A stretch of 64,000 bases of DNA from a virus. The notes under the pieces are model-generated. The model worked only from the letters and a program-made list of their open reading frames with translations, made no database searches and was not told where the DNA came from. Within the stretch, counting starts at the first letter, position 1. Each line of letters starts with the position of its first letter. Location: positions 25,480 to 89,479 of the IMG/VR virus record IMGVR_UViG_3300027631_002331. One strand, 5' to 3'. Both the position numbers and the translations under genes were made by a program. Below, in pieces: positions 8,647-18,851 of this stretch.

Positions 8647-11028
8647 ATGGCTCAAAATCAGACTCCAATAGTTGGTGAACCATTTAAGGATTATGTAAAT
8701 AGTCAAATAACCGCCAGACAAAAAATATATGGTTCAGGGTTTTCTTCTAATAGAACACCTGAACAAATGACCTACCTTAACTCCAATGTTCCTTGGATTA
8801 AAATGGCATCATCTGTAGATTTAAGTAATGATAATGATGGTAAAAATAGACTAAAAAAACTAGGTCTTGGTGGGGATTATGCAAAGGGGACCCACTTAGC
8901 AAAACAATCAGTATTATTTAATGGTTTAACTCCCCTCGATGGTAATATGAGAGCTGGAGTAGCCCAATCTAATACCTTAATAAACAACTCAGCATATGGT
9001 TTTGGTGGTACAGAATTCGGTTTAAAATCACTACCTGGTATCACTAGTATAGATATAACACCTGTGAATAGGGGTTCTATTAAACAAGCAAATGTTAATA
9101 TAAAAGCATATAATAAATTCCAATTTGAGTTAATAGAAACCTTATATTTAAGATTAGGTTTTACTATTATGCTTGAATGGGGTAATTCAATATATGTTGA
9201 TAACAATAATAATGTTGTTAGATCTAATACTACTTTAATAGATGACTTCTTTTTCAATGGGAACGGATCACATTTAGATGTTTTAAGTAAAATAGAACAA
9301 CAAAGACAAAGTAAACAAGGTAATTATGATGCTTTATTTGCTAAAGTAGCAAACTTTAATTGGACATATCAACCAGATGGGAGTTATGATATTTCTATAA
9401 AACTAACTTCATTAGGGGATGTAGTTGAAAGTTTTAAAGTTAATTTATTACCCCCTAACTCACAAATAGATGAATCCAAACTAAAAGGAGAATCTAATAA
9501 TGGGGATGATATAACTGATGATAAAGTAAATCAAAACGCTATATCTAACTTTTTACAAGTAATCAAATCTAAATACACAGATGAGGACTTTAATAATAGG
9601 GAAAGTGGTGTTATAAAGATAAATGAGAAAGCTACAACAACAGGAGTTATTTTCACATCTTCAACCCCACTTGAAGGTAGGTTATATATGAGATTAGGAA
9701 CTCTATTAGAGTTTATAGAAAAGGAAATATTAATTCATATGTCCAACGGAACTCCTTCAAGTTGTTTTCCTATGTTTTACATAAATACATCTACTGATTG
9801 TATTATGAAATCAAAACCAAAACTTATATCAGTAGAACCCCAAACTTGTATTATTAGACCTAATTTTAGATTAATAGGTATAGAAACCCCAAAATGGACT
9901 GAGGTTATGAATGATTTCGATACTGGTGCCTCTGATGGTAGTATGGGCTTCATACATAATGTTTATCTTAATTTTTCATTTATTGAAAAAATATTATCTT
10001 CAAATATAGATAAAGAAGGTAATCTTTCTTTTTATTCTTTCCTTACTGGTATATTAGGTGGTATTAATAGAAGTTTATCTAATATATGTAATTTAGAAAC
10101 TACAATTAATGAAGAAAAAAATGAACTAATAATAAGAGATCAAAAGTTAGCACCTCGTTTAACTAAAAGTGGAATACTACCTGACTCCCAAAAATCAAAT
10201 ATTATCGAAGTTGCTGGTTTTAATGGTGATCAATCTAACTTTGTTAAAGGTTATTCCTTTAAAACCCAAATAACATCAAAATTAGCTACCACAATTAGTA
10301 TAGGAGCAACAGCTAATAATAATGTAGCTAATGAAGACGCAACTGCTTTTTCAAAATGGAATAATGGTTTAATAGATAGGTTTAATCAATCCTCAACTAT
10401 AGGAACACCAGATGCTTGTGTTGTTAAAAAACCAAGCTTTACCCCAACTGAAAAACCAAAACCAAAAGACTTTCCTTGGGAAGTATTCTTCGCAGTAGCC
10501 ACACCAGGATTATATAATCTAGCTAATAGTATCTCAGGTTGGTTTAGTAACAATAAAGAAAAAAATGAAAATAATAAAAAACTAAGAGAGGAATGGAATA
10601 ATAGTTTAGATACCTACCTTCAAGCATGTTTTTCCGAACGATATACTAAAATAAAGGGAGGAATGGGTCAAGGAGGTAAACAAAAAACAGAGTCGTTTAT
10701 GGGTAAAAAATATTTCCAAAACGATCCTGATTTTATACAAAAAGGTAAAAATATTCTAAAAAACTACGTTACTATTGAGGATATAGTTAAATCAGAAGAA
10801 AAGAATAAACCAACATCAAATATAGGTTTTATCCCTATTGAACTTTCTTTGGATATAATAGGTATGTCTGGTATAAAAATATACAACCAACTAAGATTAA
10901 ATACAGATTTTTTACCTTATAACTATCCTAAGGTTATGGAGTTTGTAGTTATGGGTATAAATCATAAGGTAGATAGTAGTGGTTGGTCAACATCTATAAA
11001 TGCTATAGCTAAACCTAAAAGTGAATAA
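8647..11028 (+). CDS. Baseplate hub-like structural protein
   Basis: 793 aa; follows the LysM wedge gene; C-terminal F.V.GINHKVDSSGWSTSI resembles hub (gp27/gpD-like) termini. Confidence 0.55.
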   Translation: MAQNQTPIVGEPFKDYVNSQITARQKIYGSGFSSNRTPEQMTYLNSNVPWIKMASSVDLSNDNDGKNRLKKLGLGGDYAKGTHLAKQSVLFNGLTPLDGNMRAGVAQSNTLINNSAYGFGGTEFGLKSLPGITSIDITPVNRGSIKQANVNIKAYNKFQFELIETLYLRLGFTIMLEWGNSIYVDNNNNVVRSNTTLIDDFFFNGNGSHLDVLSKIEQQRQSKQGNYDALFAKVANFNWTYQPDGSYDISIKLTSLGDVVESFKVNLLPPNSQIDESKLKGESNNGDDITDDKVNQNAISNFLQVIKSKYTDEDFNNRESGVIKINEKATTTGVIFTSSTPLEGRLYMRLGTLLEFIEKEILIHMSNGTPSSCFPMFYINTSTDCIMKSKPKLISVEPQTCIIRPNFRLIGIETPKWTEVMNDFDTGASDGSMGFIHNVYLNFSFIEKILSSNIDKEGNLSFYSFLTGILGGINRSLSNICNLETTINEEKNELIIRDQKLAPRLTKSGILPDSQKSNIIEVAGFNGDQSNFVKGYSFKTQITSKLATTISIGATANNNVANEDATAFSKWNNGLIDRFNQSSTIGTPDACVVKKPSFTPTEKPKPKDFPWEVFFAVATPGLYNLANSISGWFSNNKEKNENNKKLREEWNNSLDTYLQACFSERYTKIKGGMGQGGKQKTESFMGKKYFQNDPDFIQKGKNILKNYVTIEDIVKSEEKNKPTSNIGFIPIELSLDIIGMSGIKIYNQLRLNTDFLPYNYPKVMEFVVMGINHKVDSSGWSTSINAIAKPKSE

Positions 11029-11031
11029 TCA

Positions 11032-11610
11032 ATGTCATATTATCCCAAATCACAAATAAAAACTGATCTTTTTACTAATGGTAAAGAGTTCATACGATTT
11101 GATAACGATTTACCTTATGTTGGGTCGTATTGGAGGGCATCAAATGGTGAAGTGTTTAGTGGTAAAACCCCAGACGATAAACCAACTATTAAGCTATTAC
11201 CAATACCAAAACCAATAGAACAAACCCCACTAAATACAACTACTGAGTGGACTGTTAACTACCCATCTGAAATAGTAAATAAAACACCAGGTCAAGTACC
11301 TAAAAATCATATATTCCAACCCCTACCTGAAGAGTTATATTTAGGACAAGCATCTCGCTACTTTACTAAAAAGTCAAACCAGAAAATATATTTCGAAATA
11401 TCTAAGGATACTTTTAGAAAACTATCAACTAAATCAATCGATATATTATTCCAACTATATACCCCTATCACTATGATTTGGAGATTAGAAGGAAACGATG
11501 ATGAGGTATTTGAAGCAAATCTTAATACAGCTAAAGATATCCAAAATAGACAGCAACTACCAGGCTTTGTAAACTCATTCAAAGGTATGTTTGTTTATCC
11601 AAAAAAGTGA
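11032..11610 (+). CDS. Hypothetical protein (tail/baseplate region)
   Basis: 192 aa ORF, co-directional and tightly packed; MSYYPKSQIKT start. Confidence 0.6.
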   Translation: MSYYPKSQIKTDLFTNGKEFIRFDNDLPYVGSYWRASNGEVFSGKTPDDKPTIKLLPIPKPIEQTPLNTTTEWTVNYPSEIVNKTPGQVPKNHIFQPLPEELYLGQASRYFTKKSNQKIYFEISKDTFRKLSTKSIDILFQLYTPITMIWRLEGNDDEVFEANLNTAKDIQNRQQLPGFVNSFKGMFVYPKK

Positions 11611-11618
11611 CGTATATT
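11591..11618 (+). promoter_or_regulatory. Bacteroidota-type promoter TTG-N19-TATATT
   Basis: TTG 11591, cgTATATT 11613; immediately upstream of the replication module. Confidence 0.65.
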
Positions 11619-11640
11619 GAGATAAACAAAAAGGTTATAA

Positions 11641-12906
11641 ATGTACTGGTTAATAGAGGACTTAGAGCAACTTAAAACGTTTTATAACAGCGGTTATAAA
11701 AAGGCGTATATTGAAATCATATCAAATAACGATCAGATACACCCAGCCATAAACGATTTATGTGCTGTTTATATTAGACCATTAGAGGCATCAAAAGGTT
11801 TTATGTTATGTACTTCACATAGCGAGGCTATAAACGTTGAAAAAGATTGGGTTTATAAAATCCTACAAAAGTTTGATGTTTTATATTGTAAAAACAAAAA
11901 ACAACTCCTACACTATTTTATTCTACAAAACCTAGAGGATATCTTATTACCTCCTAGTAATATTGACTTACCAAATATACCAACTTACGATATAATGTAT
12001 CGTAAATACCATAAACTAAATAACGTAAATACACTTGTGCCTCTAGTTAAACACTATGAGTGGTGTGAGTCTATATATAATGAAGTTAAACCACTAATAC
12101 ACCAAGAAAAAACACCATATTATGAGTTCTATAACACTAAAGCAAGTGTGGTATTCAACGCCATCGAACGGAATGGGATCGGTATCAATCCCCAATTATT
12201 CAGTGAACACTTTTACCCTACCAAAGCAGATACAGTTCACACACAATTCAACCTCAACACTACCACTACAAGACCATCTAACAAGTTTAAAGGAGTAAAT
12301 TATGCAGCACTTAATAAGAAAAATGGTGAAAGACGATGTTTTATACCTAAAAACGATGAATTCATTGAACTTGATGTTATTGCCTATCATCCTTCTATTG
12401 CAGCTAGTCTTATTGATTATACTTTTCCCACCTCTGATATTCATACACACTTTGCTGAAATGTATAGGGTGGATAGGAATAAAGCTAAGGAATTAACGTT
12501 TAAACAACTCTATGGAGGTATATTTAAAGAATATAAGGATTTACCCTTCTTTAGAGATTTACAAACGTTTATGGATAAACTATGGTACCAGTTTCAAAAT
12601 GAGGGTTATATTGAATGCCCTATATCCCAATATAGATTTTATAAGGATAATTTAGAGAATATGAATAGTAATAAACTATTTAATTACTTGTTACAACACC
12701 TAGAAACGAGTCAGAATATCTTGGCTATATGGGATATTTTTCGTATATTAAAGGGTAAGAAAAGTAAGATAGTTTTATACACATATGATTCAATATTAAT
12801 TGACTACAACAAGGAAGAGGATATAATAGACGATATTCAACAAATATTTACTAATCATGGTTTAAACACCAGCAAAACAAAAGGTTATGACTACGATTTT
12901 GACTAA
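11641..12906 (+). CDS. Compact family A DNA polymerase-like protein
   Basis: TTTTRPSN (T.TGRLS-like), motif A ELDVIAYHP, motif B RNKAKELTFKQLYGG, motif C-like YTYDS; no 5'-3' exonuclease domain. Confidence 0.75.
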   Translation: MYWLIEDLEQLKTFYNSGYKKAYIEIISNNDQIHPAINDLCAVYIRPLEASKGFMLCTSHSEAINVEKDWVYKILQKFDVLYCKNKKQLLHYFILQNLEDILLPPSNIDLPNIPTYDIMYRKYHKLNNVNTLVPLVKHYEWCESIYNEVKPLIHQEKTPYYEFYNTKASVVFNAIERNGIGINPQLFSEHFYPTKADTVHTQFNLNTTTTRPSNKFKGVNYAALNKKNGERRCFIPKNDEFIELDVIAYHPSIAASLIDYTFPTSDIHTHFAEMYRVDRNKAKELTFKQLYGGIFKEYKDLPFFRDLQTFMDKLWYQFQNEGYIECPISQYRFYKDNLENMNSNKLFNYLLQHLETSQNILAIWDIFRILKGKKSKIVLYTYDSILIDYNKEEDIIDDIQQIFTNHGLNTSKTKGYDYDFD

Positions 12907-13369
12907 CAGTACCTATATGTATAACGAATCAACCAATATTGGTTATGATTATAATACAATAGACGATATAACAATGGGTTATAACAACAAACTACTAGTT
13001 AGTTTTACAACACGAGAAGATATAGACGATTTAATATCTGGAATCACTTCAACATACAACATACTATACAATAAAATATTTGCTCTAGAGATAGTGGGCA
13101 CTGATGATTTAGTCATTAGTTATAACATTGATCATGGTAATGTAACATCTATCCCAGATAATACTATTCTAGTACATAGAAAAAAAGATAGTAATACACT
13201 ATATACCATAAACGCTCTAAACGAGTTGATTAAAAAGTTAAACGGTGGAGTAGTAGATACCAAATTCCCGATTGATTGGAATCACTATAGAAACTGTATA
13301 CTGTTAACTCAACATAACGAGTTAAAACAGTTAAATACGAAAATACATCGTATTATTGAGGTAAAATAA
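12887..13369 (+). CDS. Hypothetical protein (true start may be ATG 12974)
   Basis: ORF with HRKKDSNTLYTINALN; the TATGTATAAC motif at 12916 suggests a downstream start. Confidence 0.6.
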   Translation: MTTILTNSTYMYNESTNIGYDYNTIDDITMGYNNKLLVSFTTREDIDDLISGITSTYNILYNKIFALEIVGTDDLVISYNIDHGNVTSIPDNTILVHRKKDSNTLYTINALNELIKKLNGGVVDTKFPIDWNHYRNCILLTQHNELKQLNTKIHRIIEVK

Positions 13370-13392
13370 ATACAAAAAAACATACAAATAAT

Positions 13393-13421
13393 TTGGCTCC
13401 CGTAGGGAGCCATCGTATATT
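13393..13421 (+). promoter_or_regulatory. Promoter TTG-N20-TATATT with a GC-rich hairpin as spacer
   Basis: TTG 13393, GGCTCCC-GTA-GGGAGCC 13395-13411, TATATT 13416. Confidence 0.7.
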
Positions 13422-13452
13422 ATAACATACATAAACATTAAATAATAGTTAT

Positions 13453-14298
13453 ATGAATTTAGATTTATTAAAAAGTAAATTAGATACGATTCAAAATCGT
13501 AGCACAGGTGAGAAGAAAGACTACACAACTATCTTTTGGAAACCAACAGTAGGAAAACAAACAATCCGTTTAGTACCTTCAAAGTACACTCCAGAAAACC
13601 CATTTTCAGAACTTAAGTTTTATTATGGTATTACTAATAAGGTAATGATTTCACCCCTAAATACAGGTGGTAAGGATCCAATTGCTGAGTTTGTACAAAA
13701 ATTGTATGATTCAAACGACAAATCCAACTTCGATTTAGCACGTAAGTTAAGAGCTAAAAATCGTATTTTCGCACCTGTAGTAGTAAGAGGTGAAGAAGAT
13801 AAAGGTGTTCGTCTATGGGGATTTGGCCAACAGATTTATACTGAGTTATTAGCTATGGCTGCTGATGAAGAGATTGGTGATTTTACAGATGTAACAGGTG
13901 GGTTAGATTTTACTGCTGAAACAGTAGGACCAGAATCTACAGGTACTCAATACAATAAAACATCAATCAGAGCTAAACGTCAAAACTCACCCTTAAGTGA
14001 AGATGCTACTCAAGTTGAAACTTGGTTAAACACACAACCAAATCCACTAGAGCAGTTTAAAAACTATACTTTTGATGAGATGAAAGATGCATTACGTCGT
14101 TATTTAGAACCCGAAAGTGATAACCAAAGTGAAGGTTCTATTTCATCTGAAGCACCAACTCCGTTTGAGATGACATCAAATACTAATACTGAAAGTAGAG
14201 GTGATTTACCTTGGGAGAAGGGTAATAATTACGCAGCAGACACATCAAAAGCTAAAATAGCAAAAACAGATAAATTTGATTCATTATTCGAAGACTAA
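13453..14298 (+). CDS. Single-stranded DNA-binding protein (gp32-like)
   Basis: FWKP..GKQTIR.VP, DPIAEF, VVVRGEEDKGVRLWGFG, acidic C-terminus (FDSLFED); precedes the recombinase. Confidence 0.8.
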   Translation: MNLDLLKSKLDTIQNRSTGEKKDYTTIFWKPTVGKQTIRLVPSKYTPENPFSELKFYYGITNKVMISPLNTGGKDPIAEFVQKLYDSNDKSNFDLARKLRAKNRIFAPVVVRGEEDKGVRLWGFGQQIYTELLAMAADEEIGDFTDVTGGLDFTAETVGPESTGTQYNKTSIRAKRQNSPLSEDATQVETWLNTQPNPLEQFKNYTFDEMKDALRRYLEPESDNQSEGSISSEAPTPFEMTSNTNTESRGDLPWEKGNNYAADTSKAKIAKTDKFDSLFED

Positions 14299-14301
14299 TA
14301 A

Positions 14302-15372
14302 ATGGCAAAGAAAAAATCACTAACAGAAGCAGCATCTGCTGAACTGAAATCAAACTTTAACTTAAACGCTTTTAAAACTAAGAAAGGATTATCATCTAAC
14401 TCTAAGTTTAAAGAACAACAGTGGTTACCACTATCTCAAGCGTTTCAAGATGTAACATCGATTCCAGGTATTCCTATGGGTCATATTGTGTTACTAAGAG
14501 GACATTCAGATACAGGCAAAACAACTGCACTTATTGAAGCGGCAGTTGAAGCACAAAAACGAAAAATACTCCCAGTATTTATTATTACTGAGATGAAATG
14601 GAATTGGGAACACGCACGTATGATGGGTCTCCAAGTTGAAGAAATCAAAGATGATAAGGGTGAGGTAGTAGATTATGAAGGAAACTTCTTATACGCTGAC
14701 CGAGAAACAATCCATAGTATTGAAGGTGTAGCAGGTTTCATTTTAGATTTAATAGACGAACAAAAGAAAGGTAACTTACCTTATGATTTATTATTCCTAT
14801 GGGATAGTATTGGATCAGTACCTTGTGAAATGTCTCTAAAATCAAATAAAAATAACAACGAATGGAACGCAGGTGCTATGTCAACTCAGTTTGGTAATGG
14901 TGTTAATCAACGTATTACCTTATCTCGTAAAGAATCATCTGCTTACACTAATACATTAGTTTGTATTAATAAAGTATGGACATCAAAACCAGCATCTCCT
15001 ATGGGTCAACCCAAGATGGAAAATAAAGGTGGTATGTCTATGTGGTATGATTCAACGTTAGTTATTACTTTTGGTAATATCACAAATGCTGGTACTTCTA
15101 AGATTAAAGCCATCAAAGATGGTAAACAAGTTGAGTTCGCTAAACGTGTAAATCTTCAAATAGATAAAAATCACATCAATGGTGTAACCACCAGAGGTCG
15201 TATTGTTATGACTCCTCATGGTTTTATTGATGATGATGAGAAAGCACTAAAAACTTACAAAACCGACTATGCTAAAAGTTGGGCTGCCCAACTAGGCGGT
15301 GAAGAGTTTGATATAGTTGAAGAAAACGAGTCATCATCACCTATGGCTATGTTTGAGCAAGAACCACAATAA
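14302..15372 (+). CDS. RecA/UvsX-like recombinase
   Basis: GIPMGHIVLLRGHSDTGKTT Walker A; LFLWDSIGS Walker B; KGG..MWYDS. Confidence 0.85.
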   Translation: MAKKKSLTEAASAELKSNFNLNAFKTKKGLSSNSKFKEQQWLPLSQAFQDVTSIPGIPMGHIVLLRGHSDTGKTTALIEAAVEAQKRKILPVFIITEMKWNWEHARMMGLQVEEIKDDKGEVVDYEGNFLYADRETIHSIEGVAGFILDLIDEQKKGNLPYDLLFLWDSIGSVPCEMSLKSNKNNNEWNAGAMSTQFGNGVNQRITLSRKESSAYTNTLVCINKVWTSKPASPMGQPKMENKGGMSMWYDSTLVITFGNITNAGTSKIKAIKDGKQVEFAKRVNLQIDKNHINGVTTRGRIVMTPHGFIDDDEKALKTYKTDYAKSWAAQLGGEEFDIVEENESSSPMAMFEQEPQ

Positions 15373-15382
15373 ACAAAAAACT

Positions 15383-16420
15383 ATGAATAAAGATCTACAA
15401 GCCCTCTTGGACAACGTTCAAGAGGATGGGATCGTACTAGATTCCACTCCAAACGATAGAGTATTAATGATAGATGGTTTAAATCTATTCTTTAGAAACT
15501 TTGCAATGATTAATGCTGTAAACCCACAAGGTATACACGTTGGTGGTTTAGGAGGGTTTTTAAGATCTTTAGGAGCTTTAATAAGACAAATACAACCGAC
15601 CTCTGTTTATGTAATATTCGATGGGGTAGGTTCATCCACAAATAGGAAGAATCTACTCCCCGAATATAAATCGGGTAGGAATATACAACGAATAACAAAC
15701 TGGGAAGTATTTGAATCAGTAGGTGATGAACATGATGCTAAAGTAGATCAGATAGTTAGGTTAATCCAATATTTAAAACATCTACCAATCAAAGTAATAT
15801 CGATGGCTAAAGTTGAAGCCGATGATGTTATTGCTCACTTAGCACAAGTTATAGATCAAGAATACAACGGACGTAGTATTATTGTATCATCAGATAAAGA
15901 TTTCCTACAACTAGTAAACGATAATATAATCGTATACAGACCTATTGAGAAAAACTTCTATACAGATGCTATGATAGTTGAAAAGTTTGGTATGAAAGCT
16001 GAAAACTTTATCCTATATAAGGTATTAATGGGGGATGCCTCTGATAAAATACCAGGAGTTAAAGGATTAGGTCCTAAAAAACTATTTAAACTATTCCCCG
16101 AACTACAAACCCAACACCTTACGTTAGACGATATTTTTGATATAGCAGGTAAAAAGTTAAAAGAAAATGTTATATATTCAAGAATAATAATGACTGAAGA
16201 TGATTTACGTAAAAACTATACTATTATGGACCTAGCAAAACCTATGTTAGATGTAGATGATAAAATATTATTAGACGAATCTATCAAAGCAGGAGTACCA
16301 GATTTAGCTTCTAAACCCTTTATGGATTTATATAACGAAGATTCACTAGGGGGTATGATTAGAAATACAGATTTCTGGTTAAAAGATAACTTTGGTCCTC
16401 TCCAACAAAGTGTAGGATAA
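15383..16420 (+). CDS. 5'-3' exonuclease / flap endonuclease (PolI N-terminal / T4 RNase H-like)
   Basis: IDGLNLFFR, FDG, YKSGR, EADDVIA, SSDKDFLQL, GDASDKIPGVKGLGPK; ATG at 15383. Confidence 0.92.
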   Translation: MNKDLQALLDNVQEDGIVLDSTPNDRVLMIDGLNLFFRNFAMINAVNPQGIHVGGLGGFLRSLGALIRQIQPTSVYVIFDGVGSSTNRKNLLPEYKSGRNIQRITNWEVFESVGDEHDAKVDQIVRLIQYLKHLPIKVISMAKVEADDVIAHLAQVIDQEYNGRSIIVSSDKDFLQLVNDNIIVYRPIEKNFYTDAMIVEKFGMKAENFILYKVLMGDASDKIPGVKGLGPKKLFKLFPELQTQHLTLDDIFDIAGKKLKENVIYSRIIMTEDDLRKNYTIMDLAKPMLDVDDKILLDESIKAGVPDLASKPFMDLYNEDSLGGMIRNTDFWLKDNFGPLQQSVG

Positions 16421-16472
16421 GCCAAATATGATTCGTATATTACGACGTATTAAATAATAAAATAAAAGTTAC

Positions 16473-17861
16473 ATGACACTAAATAGCGTTAGCGATTACG
16501 GGAAAGGATTCCAAATAAAAGTGTTATCATCTTTATTAACTCATAAAGAACTACTTACCAACATACACGATATTATCTCAGATGAATATTTCGAATCAGC
16601 TTCACATAAATGGATTGTAAGTGAAATACTTAAATATTATGATAAGTATCACACTACACCGAGTCTGGATATTCTAAAAGTAGAGTTACAGAAAATCGAT
16701 AACGATGTCTTACAAGTGTCTATTAAAGACCAACTTAAACAAGCATATGTTGCATCAGATGAAGATTTAGCTTATATTCAAGAAGAGTTTACTGATTTTT
16801 GTAAAAACCAACAACTGAAAAAAGCACTTATGTCATCTGTTGATTTATTAAAAGCAGGTGATTTTGATGGTATTAGATTTATGGTTGACAACGCTTTAAA
16901 AGCAGGTCAAGATAAAAATATAGGTCACGATTACTTAAAAGATATTGAATCTCGTTATCGTAAAGAATCACGTGATGTTATTCCTACACCTTGGGATGGG
17001 GTTAATAACCTATTACAGGGTGGATTAGGTAATGGAGATTTTGGTTTAGTATTTGGTAACCCAGGTGGTGGTAAATCATGGGCGTTGGTTGCTTTAGGAG
17101 GACACGCCGCAAAGTTAGGATATAACGTTGTTCACTATACACTAGAGTTAGGTGAGGAATATGTTGCTAGAAGATATGATTCGTTTTTTACAAAAATACC
17201 TGTAGACAAAATAATAAATCATAGAGAAACAGTTGAATCAGTTATAGCAGATCTACCAGGAAGTGTTATTATTAAAGAGTTCCCAACAGGTAGAGCCACA
17301 GTATCTACGATTGAATCACATCTACAAAAGGTAGGAGACATAGGAAATAAACCAGACCTTATTATAATAGATTATGTTGACCTTCTTGCATCAACTCGTA
17401 AAAACTCTGAACGGAAACAAGAGATAGATGATATTTATACTAGTACAAAAGGGTTAGCTAGACAACTAGATCTACCCATTTGGTCAGTATCTCAAGTTAA
17501 TAGAACAGGTGCTCAAGATAAGATTATCGAAGGAGATAAAGCAGCGGGTTCATACGATAAAATGATGATTACTGATTTTGCGATGTCGTTATCTCGTAAA
17601 AAAGAAGATAAAGAAAGAGGAACAGGACGTTTCCATATTATGAAAAACAGATATGGAACGGATGGTTTAACCTTTAATGTTAACGCTGATACGTCAACAG
17701 GTCACTTTGTTTTATCTGCTTATAACGAAGATGATGAGGATGATGATACACCTAAGTTCAACCCAGCGGCTAAACCAGCAGGTCCTGTTGACAATTGGGA
17801 TAAGAAGGCACTAAAGAATACAACAGCCTACGAGGCATTTTTTAAAACAGAAAATAAATAA
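16473..17861 (+). CDS. Replicative DnaB-like helicase (gp41-like)
   Basis: GNPGGGKS Walker A, YTLEL, IIIDYVDLL, SQVNR, KNRYG. Confidence 0.92.
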   Translation: MTLNSVSDYGKGFQIKVLSSLLTHKELLTNIHDIISDEYFESASHKWIVSEILKYYDKYHTTPSLDILKVELQKIDNDVLQVSIKDQLKQAYVASDEDLAYIQEEFTDFCKNQQLKKALMSSVDLLKAGDFDGIRFMVDNALKAGQDKNIGHDYLKDIESRYRKESRDVIPTPWDGVNNLLQGGLGNGDFGLVFGNPGGGKSWALVALGGHAAKLGYNVVHYTLELGEEYVARRYDSFFTKIPVDKIINHRETVESVIADLPGSVIIKEFPTGRATVSTIESHLQKVGDIGNKPDLIIIDYVDLLASTRKNSERKQEIDDIYTSTKGLARQLDLPIWSVSQVNRTGAQDKIIEGDKAAGSYDKMMITDFAMSLSRKKEDKERGTGRFHIMKNRYGTDGLTFNVNADTSTGHFVLSAYNEDDEDDDTPKFNPAAKPAGPVDNWDKKALKNTTAYEAFFKTENK

Positions 17862-17866
17862 TAAAC

Positions 17867-18847
17867 ATGAGGAACATTACTGAGGAGAGAATAGTTTACA
17901 AACCTTTTGAATACCCGGAGGCGTTTGATTTTTACTTAAAACAACAACAAGCACATTGGTTATGGACTGAAGTTCCTATGATGGCAGATGTAACGGATTG
18001 GAAATCAAATCTATCAGAAACTGAAAAAAATATTATAGGATCTATCCTCAAGGGATTTGCTCAAACTGAAACAGTAGTAAACGACTATTGGTCAAACTTA
18101 GTTACTAAGTGGTTTAGAAAACCTGAAATCATTGCTATGGGTGTATGTTTTGCTAATATGGAAACTGTACATGCCGAAGCATATTCTTTATTAAACGAAG
18201 AACTAGGATTAGATGATTTTAGTGAGTTTTTAGAAGATGAAACAACGATGGCTAAAATCGAAAACCTTATGAGTGTTAGAGATGGCCATGATGGTAAACC
18301 TGATTGGAATGCTAGAGCTAAGTCGTTAGCCATATTTTCAGCATTCACTGAAGGTGTAAATCTATTCTCATCATTCGCTGTTTTATTATCTTTTAAACTA
18401 CAAAATAAACTTAAAGGTGTAGGTCAGATAGTAGAGTGGAGTATTAGAGATGAATCACTACATTCAAATGCGGGTTGTTGGTTATTTAGAACTTTATTAG
18501 AGGAAAACCCAGAAATAAACACACCTGAACTAAGAGCAGAAATCGAAGAGGCAGCAAGATTATCTTTAAAACTCGAACTAGATTTTATTGACAAAGTTTA
18601 TGAGATGGGTGATTTAGATGGATGTCCTAAATATGATTTAGTATCTTTTATTAAACATAGAGTTAATACTAAAATGGGTGATTTAGGTTATGGTGCTATT
18701 GTAAACGGCATAGATGAATCAGCTGTTAAAAGAATGAAATGGTTTGATTCACTATCAGCAGGAAAACAACATACTGATTTCTTCGCAAATAGAGTTACAA
18801 ACTATAGTAAAGGAGCACAAAACTGGGACGCAAACGATATATTTTAA
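17867..18847 (+). CDS. nrdB: Ribonucleotide reductase class Ia beta subunit
   Basis: HW...EV.M..D, ETVHAEAY (radical Tyr), EGVNLFSSF, RDESLH, HTDFF..RVTNYSK. Confidence 0.95.
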   Translation: MRNITEERIVYKPFEYPEAFDFYLKQQQAHWLWTEVPMMADVTDWKSNLSETEKNIIGSILKGFAQTETVVNDYWSNLVTKWFRKPEIIAMGVCFANMETVHAEAYSLLNEELGLDDFSEFLEDETTMAKIENLMSVRDGHDGKPDWNARAKSLAIFSAFTEGVNLFSSFAVLLSFKLQNKLKGVGQIVEWSIRDESLHSNAGCWLFRTLLEENPEINTPELRAEIEEAARLSLKLELDFIDKVYEMGDLDGCPKYDLVSFIKHRVNTKMGDLGYGAIVNGIDESAVKRMKWFDSLSAGKQHTDFFANRVTNYSKGAQNWDANDIF

Positions 18848-18851
18848 AAAC

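Noticed and set aside
15317-18851. Track start sites 15317 and 18744 (also 1884, 60876, 61365)
   Set aside because: They overlap upstream genes or promoters; downstream ATGs with A-rich leaders (15383, 18852, 1950, 60906, 61416) fit better.
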